From Eledone cirrhosa (taxonomy: Eukaryota), in contig OZ024742.1 of the NCBI GenBank assembly GCA_964016885.1, positions 299,460,001-299,524,000 of the forward strand: DNA of 64,000 nucleotides, written 5' to 3'. Made by a program: the position numbers and the translations under genes. Shown piece by piece: positions 55,541 to 64,000 of this stretch. Within the stretch, counting starts at the first letter, position 1. The number at the start of each line of letters is the position of its first letter. A model generated the notes under the pieces. It was not told the origin of the DNA. It saw only the letters and a program-made list of their open reading frames with translations, and did no database searches.

Positions 55541-56973
55541 CAATGTCGGACTAGAACCTAACACCACATCTAGCATCAAACACCAGTGACACACCCTATA
55601 CTACTTACCCAACACTAACTGATCTATTATAACACAAACAACGACATCCCTCCGGAACCCTTCGCAGGGAGAATACCCATTTATACCTCTACGTCAGGTG
55701 TGACAACATCCACCCACTTGAACGGCACTACACCGCTCTAAGGGTAATTTGAGCATGAATTGATCGGTTGGATAGTGTTGTGCAGAGGAAACACCTTCCT
55801 TAGACAGATGAAAAATGTTTTAATCTAGTAACGCTGTTGAACAGTAGGACCGGGCTGCTGAGCGCAGTGAGTGAATGCATTGCAACAGCCGTGCGGGTTG
55901 TACATATATGGATGATCTGACGGTCAGAGAGGGGTCGCGAGGACTGCGGATTGACCTCTGGCCGGCCTGGGGATGATTATCTCTCGACATCCAATGTAGC
56001 AAGCGATGACCCTGATCTTACCAGAGATCATTGGGTCCTGAAGCAATCCTGCAATCACCGCGCCTGGTCCTATGGGTAGACTACGACCACAGAGATCATT
56101 ATTTAGATTCCTCGCTCATCATCTATAATTTCCATTTGTGGCACCTTACGATGGGTTAATCCACCATAATAATATGATCACCTTCAGCATAACTTAATTA
56201 AACTACTCTATAGTTAGTACACTTTATGCTTTAAAAATTTCTCTTGGAGGATGCGCATCACCATAGAAATTAGGGTCTATATTGGGACACATTTAAATAG
56301 CTAGGTATAGAAACCCCAGAGTTACCTCCCCGCATGCATTAACTCCCCTTAGCCACACACACACTTCCGGCCGGTATTCAATGGCGTTTCTCGAAATTAA
56401 CAGCCTCCTGTATTGAACTAAAGAACACCAGACTACGATCTCTAACTGGATTACCGTGGATTATGTGAAGGGCATATAATCGATAAATACACTCCCCTGA
56501 CCATGAAAATGCCGAAGTACATGAAATACTTGACTTCCCTGCGCTGTGCATCTCCAATACTTGTAACACTTTTAATGCTTGCACTACTTTTAATATTTCT
56601 CCACACACAGACTATATAAATCATATAAAGAATTTGCCACCAGATCTATCAACCTAACACTCTTGTTTACCTACCTAAGTGCCTCTACCACACATATCTC
56701 TTTGCCACACTATATAAACAAGACGCACATGCGTGCCATACATATAACATTTGCACTATATAACCGCCTATCTTCATGTTGTATTTTGAACCTGTATTTT
56801 GATTTTTGATTGTACCTCTTAATATAAATGTAATCTCGAAGTGTGTACTGCCACTCTAAATTCTGTAATGAATGTTGACCCACAATGTTTGAATATGTAT
56901 CAATGTTTGAATACGTATCGGTATGTCTCTCGGCTGAAAAGGAGGTCATATAACTGTCCATGCATTAATAAAT

Positions 56974-57020
56974 TGCTCCGAAGAATCCAAACCTCGGTTT
57001 GGAGGAAACAGCTGTAAGCA
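56974..57020 (+). ncRNA. Minimal type-I hammerhead at the PLE 3' terminus, U4C variant
   Basis: tgct CCGAAGA a tccaaacc-tc-ggtttgga g GAAAC agct GTA agca. Sense to the ORF, ~40 nt before the (TA)n tract. Confidence 0.82.
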
Positions 57021-57065
57021 CAATAATGTTTTGAACAGTTCTTTGATTCTTATATTTCATATTTC

Positions 57066-57142
<77 letters not shown>

Positions 57143-57189
57143 GGGGGGGGGGGGGCACAAAATCTAAATGGCTACAAAAAAATTCCAAA

Positions 57190-57510
57190 ATAGGTGCGCG
57201 AAATTTAATGTACTTGTTCACGTGACAGTCATAATTTCATTTATAACCAATCAAATTACATTTATAAAAAAAAAAGCCCTTCGTGAGCTACCTTTTTTTT
57301 AAGTAAAAAGAAATTCAAACACAAACTGGCGCGAAAGATGATGTGCTTATTCACGTGACTGCATCAACCAACCAAACTTCACTCATATATGAAAAAAATA
57401 ACCTGAGCCCCCCCCCCCCCCCCTTTGTTTGAAGGCAAATATAATAAGAACTTTGTAACGCGAACTGGCGCGAAATTTATTATACTTATTCACCAACCAA
57501 CCAAAGTACT
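57190..57510 (+). repeat. Three diverged ~135-bp units with GCGCGAAA, CACGTG and CCAA motifs
   Basis: gcgcgaaa at 57196, 57329 and 57468, each followed by ctt.ttcac(gtgac) and aaccaa. Confidence 0.7.
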
Positions 57511-57758
57511 TCTCTAAAAACCTAGCATTTCGAGCCACTTTTTTCCATATAAAACAGAAGTAACATTCAAAGACCAACCTGATGTGAAAAAAACACACAA
57601 ACCCTCCATCTCAATTCTACTTTTGAAAAGCAGAAAAACTGCGAAACCGGTAAAGGAACCAAATAAATATAGTTGCATTTTCGATTTCATCTTTTTTCCT
57701 TATACTTTCACTTGTGTAGGACAACTCGTTTTTTTTTCATTTTGTAAAAAAACCTCAC

Positions 57759-57816
<58 letters not shown>

Positions 57817-57869
57817 CAGGAAAGAAGAGTGACACGGTTTGCTATACAAAAATGGTTTTTAATTTCATT

Positions 57870-57970
57870 GCTGACAATTGTTTCTCTGGTAGGTCTAGAG
57901 ATCGCTATCCGCTTATTTTCGCGTTACTCGATCGCCAATACAAAATTATAACCAGTCAGTTCATCGGAGC
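57870..57970 (-). ncRNA. Hammerhead (U4C, extended stem II), mirror of 59417-59522
   Basis: Minus strand: gct CCGATGA actgactggt...accaga GAAAC aatt GTC agc. Confidence 0.7.
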
Positions 57971-58436
57971 TTGCGAGAATGAAGAGAATATACAGGCATG
58001 AAAAGAATATACAGGCTACTATATGTAGTAGTAATGGCATTCAGTTAGAACAATAACAACAATATCAACAATACTAGCAATAAATTATTTGAAATAATCA
58101 CAACATCAATCTATGTGGGAAGTATGGTATATCTACGATTTTAGCGTGTAACACTAGCTGACATGAGGCAGATGTATAAAATTGACATGTAAAGACTGTC
58201 GTAGGGTGTATTATATCAAGTGTAAAGATAAGCTGGTGATTTTAAACAATGTAGGTCAGGTGGCCGTAATAGTCGGTTTTTATCTGACCGATGAAGTATT
58301 TATCACTGTAGTAGAATTTGTGTGGTCTATATTAGATGAGAGTTCTGTCTATCTTTTCCATCCTCAATAACATACATGTATAAGACAACACTAACAAAGC
58401 TAAATAATGGGCAAGTTAATACAGAGGTTATGGAGG

Positions 58437-58475
<39 letters not shown>

Positions 58476-58863
58476 TATACACACATGCACACAAACATAT
58501 ACATACATATACACACACACTCATACAAATACATACATACAAAGAGAAAACATGCTGACTATAATTATAGCAAGAGGAAGGTAAAGTTCCGTTGTAGTAG
58601 TATTTTGAAATGTTCTTGGATTTAGGATCAAGTGATGACAGCAGCTGAGAAGAGATAAGTTTATGGGTTGATGAGGTACTTACAGACATTAGTGTGGTAT
58701 AGAACTAAGAAGTCTAGAATGTACTTAATGATTATAGTTCTGTGGTGATTCGTGCAGAGTAGTGGGTATCCTAGTTGAAAGCTATGTTACGTCGGTTCGA
58801 TTCATGGAGGTTTAAATCTTATGAATTTAGTGGCAATTTTGTGTCTGCAGAAGATAGATCTTT

Positions 58864-59030
58864 CTAACTTGTTGTTAGTAGCCTTTTTACATTTTTAAGG
58901 ATATACAGTAGTTCTAGATCACATAGCCCACAGTGGGACATACCTGTACTGTAGGTTTTAGCAGCCGACAACCTCGACGAGTTGATACTGTAGCTAGTGT
59001 TGTTGTCCTTCAGTTCCATATTTTTTTTGG
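58864..59030 (-). pseudogene. Decayed PLE GIY-YIG C-terminus
   Basis: LKDNNTSYSINSSRLSAAKTYSTGMSHCGLCDLELLYILKNVKRLL aligns by eye to LKSKTKPYTLNWEVIGSATSYKAPNTFCNLCILETHNIIFSNRNLL of the 54245 ORF. Confidence 0.75.
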
Positions 59031-59416
59031 GGGGGGGAGGGTTGTAGAACCCATAAGTGCACGATTTTTCATCGAGTGCCTGTGCACATACCATCTTTTT
59101 TAAAAGAACCCGTGGTGGATCCAATGTAATGCCAGGTGGAATTGTCTGAGTTGACCGTACACATGTACACTAGGCTCGAATCGAGACATCTATTCGCCAG
59201 TCTTTACATGTCAATTTTATACATCTGCCTCATGTCAGCTAGTTTTACACGCTAAAATCGTAGATATACTATACTTCCCACATAGATTGATGTTGTGATT
59301 ATTTCAAATAATTTAATGCTAGCATTGTTGTTATTGTTCTAACTGAATGTCATTACTACTACATATAGTAACCTGTATATTCTTTTCATGTCTGTATATT
59401 CTCTTCATTCTCGCAA

Positions 59417-59522
59417 GCTCCGATGAGCTGACTGGTTATAATTTTGTATTGGCGATCGAGTAACGCGAAACTAAGCGGATAGCGATCTCTAGACCTACCA
59501 GTTGAGAGAAACAATTGTCAGC
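59417..59522 (+). ncRNA. Type-I hammerhead (U4C) with ~80-nt extended stem II
   Basis: gct CCGATGA gc tgactggt...gatcg..cgc..gcg..cgatc...accagttg aga GAAAC aatt GTC agc. Confidence 0.75.
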
Positions 59523-59747
59523 AATGAAATTAAAAACTTTTTTGTATAGCAAACCGTGTCATTCTTCTTTCCTGATTTATTATTACTCCAAGTGTTTACA
59601 ACATAGGAATTACAGCGTACTCGCAGCATCACTATGGAAACGCCTTGTTGAGTCAAACTTAGCCAAGCGTTGATATCATCCACTACCCGGAGCCCCATAA
59701 CTGGACTACACCTAAGTGGACTGCATATAACTATTATTTGTTACCCC

Positions 59748-59797
<50 letters not shown>

Positions 59798-59800
59798 TTA

Positions 59801-59889
<89 letters not shown>

Positions 59890-59892
59890 TTA

Positions 59893-59931
<39 letters not shown>

Positions 59932-59934
59932 TTA

Positions 59935-59966
<32 letters not shown>

Positions 59967-60065
59967 TAGGCGATCGACTTTCGTCAAATCGGACCGAGGA
60001 AACAATGTTTCCGTCGGTTTTTCCAATTGCTAATACTATCTATCGGTCGCAACTCCAGGTAGAAA

Positions 60066-60141
<76 letters not shown>

Positions 60142-62283
60142 TTATATTTATATATATATATACTTATATATATATATATATACTTATATAAATTATATAT
60201 TTATTCTAATTATATGTGTTTGTGAATATGCAATGCCACAACATGTGATCTTAAATCTCATTGAAGTCGTAGAGATAGTCTCGTATATACACCATATCTT
60301 GGGTATTTAAAGTCGCAATACAGCTAATTTCGTTTTTTTTTGTTTTTTTTTGCTTTTTCTTCAAGAAAGTGATAGAGGGGGAGCGGGAGCGAGAGCAAGA
60401 GTGAGAGCAAGAGACGGTGGGATGTGAATCGTCTCCTGTATTAATTTGGTACGAAAGGATGAAAGGCAATGTTGACTTCGGTGACATTTGAACCCAGAGC
60501 GCAGTAAAGACGCAGTAAATGCCACAAGACATTCTATCCGATGTTCTAAAGTCTCTGTCACTTCACCACATATATGTACTAACGTATAGTTTGTGAAAAT
60601 GTTACACCACGCTCATCTCAGTAACATAGCTCTGTATAGAGCCATGGCTTTTCATGTAACATTTTTGATCTTACTATTTCACAGACATAAGATATCTTAC
60701 CATAAGTCTTAACCTTTAAATACATTGATAAATGACATATAAGAAATATTAATCCTCTTTGAATATCAGTAACTTTATGGCTTTGAGCTTTTCTCGTAAT
60801 CTTGACATTTCGCTTGTAGTATAATGTAAACACATCGTATTGAGCTGATAGTATTAATTTCCAAATGGGAATATACATTTAATAGTTTGCAATCGGAAAT
60901 ACTAAGATGTACTTACAAATTCCATTTCTTTATTTGCAAACAAAATGAGAACTCACCTGAAATCTGAAATAGAAATGTAAAAATACATTATTTTGAATGC
61001 AAGGAAACTGTTTTTATTTTCCTATAAAATATTAACTAGGAAGTTATATGTTGACATTTACCTATATAAAGAAAGTAGGATTAAATGAATATTTAGTTTT
61101 ACTTCTTTTAAGTTTGTAAAATTTAAATTTAATGACTTTTGATGAATATATAATACAGTTTCCGAACGAAATATATTTTCGCTAATACCTCTGAAAATAT
61201 AACAAATATCGTTACTAAATGTGAAGAATTAAAATGACATACATATATAATGACCATTAAATAACATATTTATATCAATGTTTTGTTTCTGTCGTTTTAC
61301 TATTTCTCGCTCAATTCAATTTATAAATATGTATGAGACCTGCTTCGTTTTCAGTGACAACTATTTCAATTGATCGATTAAAGGAACGAACTGCCCTTCA
61401 AAGAAATTCGCAAGTGGTTTGGCATACCACAGACATTTGTTTTTCAGGGAGCTTCGTACTAACAGTATATACAAAAGCGATAGGACTCATTTTCTTCTTT
61501 ACATTTGAGTGTACTGTAGAAATGTGCACTAAAGTTTCTTGCCCAAAGACACAACCCAGCGACGGGAACCGATGTTGAGTGCTTACGACCCTGAGCCGAT
61601 AAGGCTAAACACATGCCTTTACATTTATAAATATACTCTCATGATATATATATATACACACATACATATTTGTTGCCTACCCATCCAACTTTATTTCACA
61701 ACCTATCTTCCTGACTTTGTATCATAGGTTTTTAGAAATGGCGTGATGATTCTAAGAGGCCGTACCTGTAATGTTTCAACTAGTAGTTATGACGCCGTAC
61801 ACCATTCCGAAATTAATTATTTAATTATGAAATGTGAACGAAACAAATATTTATACGAGGCTAGCTGGAAGCAAGCGAAACAAGATGATTAATTAAATTT
61901 AAAATCAATCTACTACAAGTGAGTTAACAATACATGACAGAAATGAGAAAAAGGCGGGAAAGAGCGAAGATTATTAGGCAACAAAAGAAAGAAATGGGTG
62001 AGGAGAGAGGGTGAGAGAGTCTACATATAAGCAAGAGTGGTGTTTCGGCTGCGCCCGCGGACAAAATGCCGAAGGTATTTCTGTGATCAATGCCTAACGA
62101 CATCCGGTGCAACTGCCACCCTACCTGGTGAGGTTTCTTCCTTAGAATATGTTAGGCTTTTAGCTAGAAGTATAAACAAGCAGCAGTCTTTGGAAAAGAC
62201 ACATTCGAAAATTTTGAAATTTGAAATGTAATCATCTCAAAGTAAATGAAACTTATTATAGTCAATCATTATAAGTAATAGAT

Positions 62284-62475
62284 GGCGGTGGATTAGCAGT
62301 ATCGGTAGACGGTCGGACGCCATGCTTTGACGCATAGAGTTACGGCCCTTGCCATTCTGAGTTCAAATCCAGCCGAGGTTAACTTTGCCTTTCATGCTTA
62401 CGGGGTCAATAAAATAAAGTACCAGCAATACACTGGGTAATTGCTGGCCTTGTGCCAAAAGTAGAAACAATTATA
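62284..62475 (+). mobile_element. Full-length SINE-A
   Basis: Consensus match; attataa.taatag flanking direct repeat. Confidence 0.85.
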
Positions 62476-63506
62476 AATAATAGTTTTACACATCGGCTGA
62501 TGTACACCTGGTGACGAACCAACCTGGAAAGAAGTACCTTTAATCATTAATATAAATGGAAAACTAACATCAAAAGTTACAAACTATGTGTACTTTCATT
62601 CCCACCAAAAAGAATTGACTCGTTAACACACGATGAGTTTCTTTTACACGAAAACAAAAGCCTCAAACCAATATTTTAACAGACGTAAAGTATGATCCGA
62701 CATTAATTGAGAGGTTTTCAAATCAAAGATATAGATTTAGCTAAGATCAAAGCTGTTATATACTTAAGCACGTACTTATTTGACCGACTATATAAGAAAA
62801 CTATTTCAAGTTAGTATACACTGTCGTTTATAACAAACACTATATATAGTCTTACACAATCCATTTGTGATGGCTCATATGAAGAAAGACAGGCTAGGCC
62901 ATCTCCAGTAATCAATACACTAAATGATAAAATGAAAATGAGTTGTTTCTCTATGTTCGCTTCCCAACAAGGGATGTCACCCATAATTGTACATCAATAT
63001 AATCAATACTATTAGACAATGTAAGCTCCTCGGCAACATATAAATTGGCATTAGATTTAACATTGCGTCAGTGGAAGAAGAAGAAGAAGAAGAAGAAGAA
63101 GAAGAAGAAGAAGAAGAAGAAGAAGAAGAAGAAGAAGAAGAAGAAGAAGGAAAAGAAGAAGACGATGAAGTAGGAGGAGGAGGGGGAGAAGAAGAAGAAG
63201 AAGAAGAACAACAACAACAACAACAAGGAATCGATTGAACATAATGTCGTGGCAAGTGTCTGTTCTTCTCTCCTCACCTCGTACATCATTGATTCCCCCA
63301 TTATCATATCTTCTTCATCTATTCCAGTCAGGGATGCTTGTTCCTATTACAATACAAAAGCTACTTATTATACACAGTAAACAAACCGGCAAACAAAGCA
63401 ATTTCCACATATTTACGTATATAACGTCAATAAAGAATACATGATCAAATTGGCTCCAGTGCGTACACACACAGATATATATATATACATAGATAGATAT
63501 ATATAC

Positions 63507-63587
<81 letters not shown>

Positions 63588-64000
63588 TATGTATACGTAC
63601 ATACATATATGTATACAGACGTACAGTAGTATGTACATATATACATACATCCACACATATATATATGTACGTATGGATTTACCGAGCATTTATTATAATG
63701 CTCGGTTTGTTTGTAAACAAACATCCCGAATTAAGCCGTACAGTGTTTAGCAACCATCGTTGCCCTTTTGTTCAACACTGACAAACATATGCAAAGTTTA
63801 ATAAGCAGAGAGTTCTACTTTATTAAGAAATGTCGAGAGGATCTAAAGCTTAGTGTGTTGCAACAATCAACAATTATTTGGAGCAATCATATCCAAGGCG
63901 AAATCCGGGCGGTATTTTCCAATAATTGCACTTACGTCATAAACATTGAATAATGAACCGAATGTGCAGGTGCAATTAAGACACTTTATTCATTTTTCAC

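Larger units (their letters stand above)
51752..57062 (+). mobile_element. Penelope-like retroelement (Naiad-like), 5'-truncated, with 2.3-kb inverted duplication of its 3' part; flanked by (TA)n
   Basis: 51916-54225 is the near-identical reverse complement of 54753-57062, with a 527-bp spacer. Mirror ORFs appear in the track. RT-thumb/GIY-YIG ORF and terminal HHRs. Confidence 0.92.
57811..59748 (-). mobile_element. Second, older PLE with inverted terminal duplication, flanked by (TA)n
   Basis: 57811-58198 and 59198-59580 are inverted. Decayed endonuclease end in the spacer; HHR in both arms. Confidence 0.85.

Noticed and set aside
55805-56045. SECIS element (some Naiad PLEs encode selenoproteins)
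   Set aside because: The ATGA...GA candidates lack a proper helix II with apical AA, and the surviving ORF has no in-frame TGA. SECISearch would settle it.

Overview
AT-rich, microsatellite-saturated animal DNA, most likely intronic or intergenic. The SINE families look cephalopod/Octopus-like, which is an inference. I found no convincing host gene, and nearly all ORF-track entries are (TA)n, (CA)n, (GA)n or (GAA)n artefacts. The only long real ORF (54245-55540,+) is a 5'-truncated Penelope-like retroelement (PLE): RT thumb plus GIY-YIG endonuclease with a CxCx5C knuckle (Naiad-like). It lies inside a ~5.1 kb fold-back with 2.3 kb arms. The main signal is a recurring architecture across the window: about 12 fold-back (inverted-repeat) elements of ~0.1-5 kb from several unrelated families, mostly embedded in (TA)n. 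Most carry a minimal type-I hammerhead ribozyme (HHR) motif, stem I-C[U/C]GANGA-stem II-GAAAC-palindrome-GUH-stem I'. About 15 HHR or HHR-like motifs were read by eye, including U4C variants and ones with greatly extended stem II. Also present: a dominant tRNA-like SINE that piles up at (ATT)n sites (7-copy array), Dong/R4-type RLE LINE fragments, a CR1-like fragment, a mariner-type MITE and several tandem repeats. Coordinates were read manually and may be off by a few bases.
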